The notes beneath the pieces are model-generated. The model saw nothing but the letters and a program-made list of their open reading frames with translations, ran no database searches and was not told where the DNA came from. A stretch of DNA of 64,000 nt from a virus (taxonomy: Duplodnaviria > Caudoviricetes), in IMG/VR virus record IMGVR_UViG_3300031992_000070, positions 16,912 through 80,911 of that record. One strand, 5' to 3'. Positions 10,343 through 19,573 of this stretch are shown here, in pieces (positions within the stretch are counted from its first letter, which is position 1; each line of letters opens with the position of its first letter). The position numbers were made by a program, and so were the translations under genes.

Positions 10343-10468
10343 TGGAGAAAGCAGACTCGAACTGCTATCTTCTGATGGTATGTTATGGGATGCCTCCCAA
10401 TGGCGCAGATTTTTTATGTACAGTCACTGCTATGACCACCAGATGTTCTGCCTTTGAACTATTTCCCC
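10343..10468 (-). ncRNA. tRNA-like RNA with an Ala-type acceptor (G3-U70, A73) and a ~55-nt insertion replacing the anticodon loop
   Basis: GGGGAAA/TTTCTCC acceptor, GTTC-AAAGGCA-GAAC D arm, 9-bp TCTGGTGGT/ACCATCAGA stem enclosing the insertion, GCAG-TTCGAGT-CTGC T arm. Confidence 0.7.
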
Positions 10469-10546
10469 AAACGCCCCACCGCTGTGAGGCTAACTGTTAT
10501 AAAATTCATAAATATGAAAGAATACCCATCGCGGGCTTATATCAAA

Positions 10547-10806
10547 AGTGGCACATTCTGCCAAGGTGTGTTGTTACACCAAAGACGCCTACGCATTGCG
10601 TGAAGGTCATTAACCTTGCTCATTCCTATTTTCCCACAGCTACATCAGAAATGTGCACCATAATTGTATTTTATTCCGTTATCAGGCTTTATAATCATAC
10701 AACCGCAAGATACTATTTTCCGTTTTGCCACATGTGGTAGTTCGCGTCACTCTTTAAAAGATGGCTACCTCCAAGCCTACTTTCCTTGTCTGTAAAACGT
10801 GCCACT
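10547..10806 (-). ncRNA. 260-nt structured RNA containing a 23S rRNA H43/H44 (L11-binding) mimic; possibly GOLLD 3'-domain-like
   Basis: 13-bp closing helix; segments GTAGGCTTGGAGGTAGCCATCTTTTAAAGAGT and GTGTAACAACACACCTTG; own promoter at ~10826-10860; no ORF on the transcribed strand. The GOLLD resemblance is from memory, not from a search. Confidence 0.7.
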
Positions 10807-10879
10807 ACATTATCAAAGAACACTTTGCAAATTTACAACTTTAATTTTGAATATTACAAGTTCGTTAGAATAGATTAAC

Positions 10880-11629
10880 TTAAATATCTTTAATCTTATT
10901 TGTTCCGAAAGTTCCGTTGTTAATCCATCTGAAATACTCGCTGTTCATTTCATCCTGCCATTCCTTTTGGTCGTCATACATCATATCATCAGATACATAA
11001 GAGAAAAATCTCAAGAGAATTTCATTTACCATATATCCGCGCAGGATGCCGCCTCCATCCATAAACACGTCGTATGGAGCAATCCCTTTGTCTTCGTTGT
11101 TCTTTGATGACTCGTCGCCAACTACGTCAAAGTGCATCCAGCGCAACACAATGCTTTCAACCTTTCGTGCAAACTCTATATTTTCCAATCCTAAAGGCTT
11201 TAGATACCTTTCCGTGTATCTGTTGAATGCGTGCGGAACGATGTCAATAACCATACCAAGACCTCTATTGCTTCCGTTTACCTTGCTTTTCATCGCAAAC
11301 GGGTCGATTGCAAGAATACCCTTTCCAGTATTGCCGTCAATCTTGTTGCTTCCGTTTTTTCTTTTCTTTTCTATTTCGTATGTGGTATAACAGAAACTCC
11401 AGAACTGTCCTTTCTTTACAGCTTTCTTTGACTTACAGATAATAAGCATCAGCCATTTGTTGTTCCTGTCATCATTAAACCGTATTCTCTGTACATAAGG
11501 GAATCTTGTACCGCGTCCAAACTTGTCCCATATCTCACTTTTAAAATCATCGTAGACGCTTATTGCAGTATTGTAGATTCGGAATGCTTCAAATGCTTTT
11601 TCCTCATCGTTCATCGTAGGTAATACCAT
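10880..11629 (-). CDS. Hypothetical protein (249 aa, start MVLPTMND)
   Basis: Probable true start at 11629 after an A-rich leader; the track start at 11776 overlaps the upstream gene. Confidence 0.7.
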   Translation of the reverse strand: MVLPTMNDEEKAFEAFRIYNTAISVYDDFKSEIWDKFGRGTRFPYVQRIRFNDDRNNKWLMLIICKSKKAVKKGQFWSFCYTTYEIEKKRKNGSNKIDGNTGKGILAIDPFAMKSKVNGSNRGLGMVIDIVPHAFNRYTERYLKPLGLENIEFARKVESIVLRWMHFDVVGDESSKNNEDKGIAPYDVFMDGGGILRGYMVNEILLRFFSYVSDDMMYDDQKEWQDEMNSEYFRWINNGTFGTNKIKDI

Positions 11630-11645
11630 ATCCTTATTTTTGTTT

Positions 11646-12560
11646 TTATTTAAATTTATATACCTTGTTGAATTTTCTCTTTTTTGCCATTTTGTAGTAG
11701 TTGATAATGTCGCATCCGCTTTTGAAACCCATAAGCCACTGTGTGCGTGCATACATAACCCATCTTCCGTCATCAAGGGTTCTCAACGCAAAGTTGTACA
11801 ACTCCATGCTTTTCCATCTTGCGCAGTCCTCCATAAGATGCTGTGCAAATACAGAGAAGTCTTTCTGTATGCTTTTGTCTGTATTATCCCAGAATACAGG
11901 AGTATAGTGTCTGTCGAAAAAATCCTTCCCGTGTTCATCAATCATAAAATCATATACCCTGCGTATATCGTTCATTCGCTTGAAAGTCCAAGCAACAACT
12001 TCGTCGTGCAGCCAGTAGAACTCATCCAACACATTAGATGTGTCATCAATATTCCTTTGTACGGGACGAACATCTATATAGCTTGAGCCTCCGTATATAG
12101 TCGTGCTGTAGTCAACGGTAGCAGCTATAAGGTCTGGTCTTCCTCTTTCATACAATGTCCTGTAGAACGTAGGATAGTCGCATCCTTTACTGCGGAATGC
12201 ACCGATACCGACACTACGACCTACTTTTGTATTGAACCTGAATCTCTTCATTACACATAACAGTTATCTGTTGTCAATCTTTTCGTGCGTAGTGTTAATG
12301 CGGCCTTTGTCAAGCAGATAGTGCATGATGTCTTTCAGATTCTTGTCGCGGTCTTTCTTTGCGCCAGACCACATTGCAACTACCTTGCTTTGCAGTTCAA
12401 GGTATGCCTCTGACTGACCTTTTCGCAGCATATTCAAGTATTCCACATACACCTTTGTTATGTCTTCGTAAGACACTTTCTCACTAATCATCAAATCAAG
12501 AATGATTGCCGCAATAAATTCCTTTGGCAGCGACTTTAATGCTTTTATTATTTCTTCCAT
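11646..12560 (-). CDS. Two hypothetical genes (11646-12251, 12264-12560)
   Basis: Co-oriented ORFs with normal spacing. Confidence 0.7.
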
Positions 12561-12793
12561 AATATTTATTATTAAAATTCAATATCGCATCTACTAATAG
12601 GCTCGTCATCGCCACCAATCCTTGTAATGTAAATATTTCTTATTGTTGCACCAAACTCTTGTTCAAGCTCGTTTGCAAGTTGTATAAACTGTTGTTTATA
12701 ATCTTTAATTGTTCTCATACTCTTGTTGTTTGTTTAATTAATTATTATTGTACTTGTAAATTAAAGCAGTGTTTTGATTCTGATTCCTGATTA

Positions 12794-13225
12794 AGCACAA
12801 TACTCCCAAAGTGCTGTTTAGACACTCTGGTAATTGTGCTATTGACTTGTCCGTCATCGTCATCCGTCAATCACACACAATGTCGGTTTAAGCGAACATT
12901 GATACTTGTCACATCCGTTCTTAACAACGTCGCACAAGCGGACAAGACACTCGTTAAAGCGTACCCTCACTTACTGGCTTTGTGCTTTCCCTCTTGCCAG
13001 TTTTATTTCCTTGGAATCGAGGTGTGACAACTGATACAATTACTCTTTCAGCATTTACGGACGTTCAAATCCCAAGTAAGTGAAACAGAGAAAGCCAACA
13101 CATATAATGAACAATCCCTATCAAGTGATGGTGGCACTCAATAGGGATAAATCCTTTATAGTGTTGGCTATAAGCCTATTCTATCGTATTATGTCCGCTA
13201 CAACAAGTCCACCATCCTTGTTTTC
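12794..13225 (-). ncRNA. Candidate ~430-nt structured ncRNA
   Basis: Promoter TATCTTTG at 13232-13239; no minus-strand ORF of 60 aa or more; at least six nested helices of 5-9 bp. Confidence 0.55.
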
Positions 13226-13343
13226 ACGTTGCAAAGATACAAAGTATGTTTTAATATTGCAAGTTTTGGAAACATAAATTAAGATATTTAACTTTTATTT
13301 GCCAAAATGCAAGCCAGCGGCGGGCGGTGTTGAGAGTGAACGG

Positions 13344-13481
13344 CTATTCTTCTTCGTTATAATCGTCATCATCATCAAGTCGCCTATCACAAATACAAAT
13401 ACCATTACATAATTGAATGTGCAGACCTTGGTCACACCAACGGCAACCGTCTTCGTTTCTAAAATGAATACACTGTTTCAT
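13344..13481 (-). CDS. 45-aa Cys-rich peptide with an acidic tail
   Basis: MKQCIHFRNEDGCRWCDQGLHIQLCNGICICDRRLDDDDDYNEEE; starts 2 nt after the stop of 13484-13921. Confidence 0.55.
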   Translation of the reverse strand: MKQCIHFRNEDGCRWCDQGLHIQLCNGICICDRRLDDDDDYNEEE

Positions 13482-13483
13482 AA

Positions 13484-15018
13484 TCAATCCTTCTTGTTTT
13501 TAATTAAACCGTTAATCCACTTTTTCATATTATCAAGAATATAGTCACCGCACTCCATAATTTGACCACAGGGGAACGCTTTCGTATAATTCCACTTACT
13601 ATCTCCCATTGCTTCAAACACCATATCATTTGTTGGTGTATTGATTGTGACAGCATCAAACACAACAACACAAAGGTCATCCGAGTTTCTGTGCTCATAA
13701 ACGCAATAGTTGCGCTGCTCACCATTGTACTGAACACTAAAGATGTAACCCTGTTCACGGCAATTCTCGTAGCGACCTACTTCAACCCTTGCGTCGTATT
13801 CGCGAAATTCCTTATTCCAAGTCTTATCAATGGCATTGTTCTTTGTAACCCGCAGATATGCAAGTACGCTTTGTGCCTGCCAGTTTGCACCGTCTTCCAT
13901 GTAACAATTAATATTCGTCATAGCAATTATCTTTATTTATATAACTCATTTGCCCTGTCAACTATTTTCTGACGACACTTCTTGTCAAGGTCGCCAAACC
14001 AAGACATCGTTTGGTCGTGCGAATACTCAACTTTACCTGTCCATTTATTAAAGATATGGTCGCCAAGCATCTCACCAAACAGATACCGTGCCTCATTAAG
14101 ACACCACCGATTGTACATATAGTACATGAAATTCTCAACCTCGCTATTCATCTTCTTTTTCCAGTTTATACCATTCAACATCAGGATTATCTAATCCCCA
14201 AAACTTTTTCAGATATTTTCTCGTTTCATACTCACGGATACGTTTGTCTACAATATGACCAAACATATCGCCAGTACAAGAATAGGTCGTGGTAATGATG
14301 TGCTCGTTGCCACGTTCCTTAATTGTCGCTTTCCAAATTTCCATATTTATATTTGTTTTAAGCCGTTAAAATTGTGGCGGCTTGTAACTATCAAGCAAAC
14401 CACACAAAATGCGCCTAGAAAGCCTTAAAGTGTGCTTAAATCAATTATATGGGTTTCCACGTAAGTAAGCTTACCCTCATAACCGCGACGCTTTAGTTCT
14501 TCCATCAGTTCACGCGGTGTGAAATCCTTTAGTCGCGTCATCTTTACATTATTGATTGCTTTGTTACGACCATTTGCAACTTTTTCTGCCATACAAGACT
14601 TACAGAAATCGGTTACTTTTCTTTCGCCCTTCATACCCCTAATACCTCTAACGGCAAACTCGGTAATCGGCAATTCTTTGCCACAACATTTACAAACTTT
14701 TGTTTCCATAATTTAAATGTCATTTAAGTTAATATCAATACAATCCGTACTTATGTACTTTGAGAATTTTAACCCAGTAAAAGGGTCGGTGGCAGATAGC
14801 CAAGAAAGCACCAGCTTTTCAAGACCATCTTCGTCGGATAAATCCGCATTGGCCTTTATTTCTTCAATGAATCTTGCCAACGCAATAACAACACCATTAA
14901 GACAAGACAAAGTATGTTCCATAGGAATGCCATCAAGACTTTCAAGCATCGAACTTGATACACTTAATGCAATCTCTTTGTCAATGTCCTTACTATTAAT
15001 CGTTCTTTTCATAGTCAA
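13484..15018 (-). CDS. Small hypothetical genes (13484-13921, 13933-14151, 14144-14344, 14425-14709 with CxxC motifs, 14713-15018)
   Basis: Packed co-oriented ORFs; 14425-14709 has VCKCCG...FCKSC, zinc-finger-like. Confidence 0.7.
14360..14428 (+). repeat. Dispersed imperfect-palindromic element, copy A
   Basis: AAGCCGTT...TAACTATC...AAAATGCGCCTAGAAAGCC. Confidence 0.55.
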
Positions 15019-15269
15019 TCATTTTTTAATGTTTCAAGATAATCTTTCGGCAGATAATACTGCGCAACACGCTTGCGAGGTGACACCTGAATCTTCTCTG
15101 TAATGATAGGCAAGTCCTCTTCACGCAACTTAAAGATGATAGCCGACAGTCTTAACGAGCCAAACTTATTCAACGCCTCAAGCGGTGTGATTGTGTTGCC
15201 ATTCAACAGCCATGCACGCACGTTAGCTTTCTGTGTACCAAATTCATCGTTCCATTCGTAATCTTTCAT
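15015..15269 (-). CDS. Winged helix-turn-helix DNA-binding protein
   Basis: QKANVRAWLLNGNTITPLEALNKFGSLRLSAIIFKLR, a common phage HTH pattern. Confidence 0.7.
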   Translation of the reverse strand: MKDYEWNDEFGTQKANVRAWLLNGNTITPLEALNKFGSLRLSAIIFKLREEDLPIITEKIQVSPRKRVAQYYLPKDYLETLKND

Positions 15270-15281
15270 AATCCCAAAATT

Positions 15282-17850
15282 TTAATTGTTATACTTTAAT
15301 TTCTTAATCTTAGACAGGCGACCACCAAGTTTTACCTTTCGGTTTCTGTTGTCAATCCATCTGATGTCACACATAAATGCGTATGTACCATCTTCAAGCA
15401 GATACTTGTCAAGCACACCTTTGTGGGAAATCTGCTTGTAGAACTGTAGACCGCTTTTAGAATCTTCAAGATTGGCAAAGTATTCCTTTATGCTATATCC
15501 GTACATATCCTCACCTTCTTCTTCGTCTATTGACAACAGCTTTCCCCTGAACTCATACTTTACATCTTTCTCGATACCATTGTCTGCAAGTGTCTTGTCC
15601 CACTCTGGTCTTGTCAAAGACTCCTTGTATGACTTGAGCGCAAAGAAAGCAACGTAGCATTCGCCAATACCGATGTATTCATTTTCGATTGCATCCTTAA
15701 TCTTGGCTGTCAGGTCTTTCTCGCCATCCCAGTTAAGACCACCTTCCTTGTCTTCATAGAACTTGCAGATATTCTTGTAGAGTTCATCATCGGTATCTCC
15801 TGTGAAATCCGAAAAATACTGAGACAGATAGTCAAATGTTCCTAACTTAACCTTGTCACCTCTATCCCATTCTGCCTTAACCCATCCATCTCCGTTCTCT
15901 TTAATAAACGAGTCACACACAGCAATTGCGTAGTCAAATCTAACAGCCTTGCTCAAGTAGTGGTCGGCTGGTCTCCAAGAACCACCTTCCCAACCATATT
16001 CATCACAGCCACCAAGATATACCGTGAAACACTCAAACAACTTTACCGTAATGTCTTTAAGGTACTTACCTTGTGCAACAAGTTTGTCTATACAGGATGA
16101 ACCGACCTGTTTCCATTCACCAGTTACCTTGTTTTTGACAACAAATGACTTCACTCTTCGTGTATGGGTTCCACCGCAATAGTCGCACTTTGTGTATTCC
16201 AAGCCGAACTTGGATGGCATTTCCTTGAATAGTTTTTGGTCAACCATCGTAACAATACCATCGTTGTAATATACTGCTGCGACAAGCGACCAGTCGCCAG
16301 CACACATGTCGCCAATTGTTACCTTGATTGCATCGAACTTTTGTCTGTATCTTTCATAACCATTTTCGTCAGCCATACCACCCTGATAAACAACGGTGGT
16401 AGTCTTGACAACTTTCTCAACCTCGCCGTACTCGACGGTTGGCTTGTTGTCCCAATGCTTGAACATCAACTCAAGTTTTCTTTCACATTTCTGACGCTGG
16501 TCAGGCATAATATAAAACTCCATAATCTCTTTGTTTTAAGTTGTTTCTCTTTTCTTCATATATCTCGTAGATAACTCGTATTCGTCAGCAAGATAACCCA
16601 TCTCATCATCTTTATGTTCCGCTTTCCATAAATTAAGTGCATTGATGTAGTCATCTTTGTAGGGGGTATTGGTATAGTCAATCTCAGTATATGCAACCTC
16701 ATCAGGGGTTTCGTGATAATATATGGCATACCACTTAGTATCTGGCATCATCTTGTTAAGAAAGTCCACAAAAGGCTTAACTTCTTTCATAGCTTTTTCT
16801 TCCTCGTTTTTTCTTTTGAGTTGACGCATTTCTTTTACCCAAGCCTCTTTGACATAATAAGGGACTTCCACTCCATTATCTTCAAATGCTTTTGTTGCCC
16901 GTGCAATCCATTCTTCTTTCTCACGCATTGCAGCATACATAGGGTCATCAGCCCGCATCTGCATTTCCTCACACCAAAACTCATATTCCTCCTGTGCATC
17001 CATTACGTTTTCAACGTACATTGGCTCACCTGCTTCGTTTCTTACTAAATGCTGATACATAATACTTAATGTTTAATTGTTAATACTTACTATGTTCTTC
17101 TTCCCATTTAACTGCATCCTCAAATGTGGCAAACCACATTAAGATGTCAAAATCCGAACGATGGTATCCGTCTTGACCATTGTAGCCACGAAGATAACCA
17201 TCGGCATCAAAGTCATCTACACAGAAGATGTTGTACACACCATCATCTTCCTCAACTATAAAATACCGCATTTCCTTTTTCATATTACCAAATTTTAATA
17301 GGTTTCCTGTCTTTCGTTCCTTTCGTAGCGAGATTCCTAACGGCATTGCCAAAGGACTTGTAATAACCATAAATCCACATTTCGTCTTCATCTTTGCCTT
17401 TGAACTGTTCGTTCAATTCCCACACATCACCATCGTACAACTGAATGTTGGCATAGTGCGTCCACATTGTTTCATCACCATGCCGACCACCACCAGTATA
17501 TTCAACCCTGTCAATCGTGACAAGTTCAACCTCACCACGTTCGTTTATCAAAGGTATTGCGCCCCAAGTCTTTTCGGGAAAATACTTTTGAAGAACGGCA
17601 TCCATAACTACTGGCATCCGTTCAGCCTCACTTGCACTCCAATAGACCATAATCTTTACTTTTTTATCAATGAATAATCTCCATGATTCTGCATACGGAT
17701 AACAACCTTTTCAAGCAGTACCGTAGCCTCGTATAATAACGTCTTTTCTTTTTCTGACAACAACTTGTATTCCTTGTTGTCAAATACACCGCAGTAGTCA
17801 TCAAGAATCTCTACCGCAACATTCAGTCTTTTTGCATCAATCGTAGCCAT
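15282..17850 (-). CDS. Hypothetical early genes (15282-16523 413 aa, 16536-17060, 17080-17391, 17285-17650, 17656-17850)
   Basis: Co-oriented ORFs; 15282-16523 carries a CDYCG...GSSC motif. Confidence 0.7.
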
Positions 17851-17920
17851 AGTTCTTTTTTTTGTTTAAGTTAATAAATAGCGAGCAACCATTCAGCCGC
17901 CCGCGTGCAGATAGTGAACA

Positions 17921-18004
17921 TTACTTTCTGAACCCGCGACCGCCAAGACCAATGAAGATGTCTGGACGGATAATAAGTGTGATAATAATCAATAATGTAA
18001 TCAT
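17921..18004 (-). CDS. 27-aa hydrophobic peptide
   Basis: MITLLIIITLIIRPDIFIGLGGRGFRK; starts 20 nt after the resolvase stop. Confidence 0.45.
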   Translation of the reverse strand: MITLLIIITLIIRPDIFIGLGGRGFRK

Positions 18005-18024
18005 TTCTTTTGTTTATTTTTTAA

Positions 18025-18819
18025 TTAATCTACTCCATACGAACGCTTGAATGACTGCATATAACTACGCACTCTCTGTGCATTATCATTGCTTGGAAGT
18101 CTGAAATTCCACCTGACAAACAGCGTATTATCAAACTCCTTGTAGTCAGCCATTAGGCTTAATATGTTTGACCTGTTAGGCTCTTTACAGTTTATGTGTT
18201 CCCAATCCCAATCCGACGGGTCGCCATCAGTGTAGTCTGGAAATACCTTTGACAATACTTTTGCAAATACCGTAATGTCACGACATTCCTGATGTCGCTT
18301 TCTTTTCATTTCTCCTTTTTTCATCTGTTCTTCTTCTTTTTGTTTTTTAGATTTCCTGTTAAAACTTTCTCTCCATTTCTTACAAGCACCGCCAGTCGCC
18401 TCGCCACGTTCCTTCTTTGCAGCAAGAGCTTGTTTAGTTCTCGTTGATACCATTTCCCGCTCGTATTGCGCAACGGCGGCAAATACACCGAGTATCATTG
18501 AATTGACAACAGGCATATCCGTAAAGTGAATGTCTATACCTGTGTTTATTACCTTGAAAGTAAACTCCACATCCCTGCTCATTCTGTCCAACTTCGCAAT
18601 AACTAAACTACAATCATTCTTCTTGCAGTAGTCAATCGCTTGCCACAGACCCTTTCTGTCACGATGTGTTCCACTTTCTACATCAATAAATTCTTGGACA
18701 TGGCAACCGTTGTTCTGTTTAATAAAGTTCTCGCACATATTCCTCTGTGCAGAGATACCAAGTCCTTGCGCGCCTTGACGCTGTGTCGAGACACGAAGAT
18801 AGGTTACATATTGTTTCAT
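18025..18819 (-). CDS. Serine recombinase, resolvase/invertase type
   Basis: YVTYLRVSTQRQ catalytic motif, DVESGT..DRKGL, IAKLDRMSR, ERE..S.RTKQALAAKK. Confidence 0.92.
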   Translation of the reverse strand: MKQYVTYLRVSTQRQGAQGLGISAQRNMCENFIKQNNGCHVQEFIDVESGTHRDRKGLWQAIDYCKKNDCSLVIAKLDRMSRDVEFTFKVINTGIDIHFTDMPVVNSMILGVFAAVAQYEREMVSTRTKQALAAKKERGEATGGACKKWRESFNRKSKKQKEEEQMKKGEMKRKRHQECRDITVFAKVLSKVFPDYTDGDPSDWDWEHINCKEPNRSNILSLMADYKEFDNTLFVRWNFRLPSNDNAQRVRSYMQSFKRSYGVD

Positions 18820-18822
18820 TGT

Positions 18823-19413
18823 TTATTTATTTAAATCATCAACGTATTTCCATTTATATCCACCAGCGGTTTTTCTTATACCCACACACGATGCATATAT
18901 TCCACTCATCTGTATTCCAAGACTTTTACTTGCTTGCTTGACACTACTCCATTTCTTAACTTCAATATCTTCTGGTGTAAATTGAGCCACCCATAAAGAA
19001 TGTTCGCTATGAAACTTTCGTATGCTTTCAACCCTCTTTTTGTTAGCATCAATATATTTAGACCTTGCAATAGGGAAATTTGTGTTTTCTCTTTGTGTAC
19101 ACCACCTCAAATTAGTTGCACGATTATCTGTCCGAATGCCATTTATATGGTCTATAAAATCCTTACCATCTACTTTTTCTAAAAATGCTTTTGCAACAAG
19201 CCGATGTACAGTAAAAGCCTTTCTCTTTTTTTTATACCACAACGATACTACTTTATAACCAGTGTTTAATAACTCTTGTGATATAATTTTTCCTTTCACT
19301 TTTTGTGGTGTTGAAGAACGCAAAATAGTTCTATCAACCGATTTTACTCTTCCAAGGTTGCTCACTTGATAAAGCCCTTCGTAGCCAACTACGTCTTTCC
19401 ATATCTCTTCCAT
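18823..19413 (-). CDS. NUMOD4-HNH-NUMOD1 homing endonuclease
   Basis: EIWKDVVGYEGLYQVSNLGRVKS (NUMOD4), VHRLVAKAF..IDHINGIRTDNRATNLRW (HNH), KTAGGYKWKY (NUMOD1). Confidence 0.92.
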   Translation of the reverse strand: MEEIWKDVVGYEGLYQVSNLGRVKSVDRTILRSSTPQKVKGKIISQELLNTGYKVVSLWYKKKRKAFTVHRLVAKAFLEKVDGKDFIDHINGIRTDNRATNLRWCTQRENTNFPIARSKYIDANKKRVESIRKFHSEHSLWVAQFTPEDIEVKKWSSVKQASKSLGIQMSGIYASCVGIRKTAGGYKWKYVDDLNK

Positions 19414-19573
19414 AAGTATAAAACAAAAGGTAACTTTCAAAATGCGGTCTCCTACCTCCGCAGATTTACTCGTTACCATTGTTAAGTTCGTTGATGCTTA
19501 GTAGGAGTTAAGCGTCATATACATATGCAAAGATACAAAGAATATTTGGAATACGCAAATATATTAACTTAGA

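Noticed and set aside
10749-10790. 23S rRNA gene fragment or host contamination
   Set aside because: Only about 60 nt match, split by a 170-nt insertion and embedded in a phage ncRNA with its own closing helix. Treated as a mimic, not rRNA.
13325-13343. HDV/CPEB3/theta-type ribozyme suggested by GTTCAC (CPEB3 L3 is GUUCACGUC)
   Set aside because: The loop would be 8 nt, and P3/P1/P2 pairings cannot be formed consistently in the three copies. I also saw no theta ribozyme behind the tRNA-like 3' ends.
18025-18819. Prophage integrase
   Set aside because: At 264 aa it is a resolvase-type protein without the recombinase and zinc-ribbon domains of large serine integrases; I found no att site or host flank.
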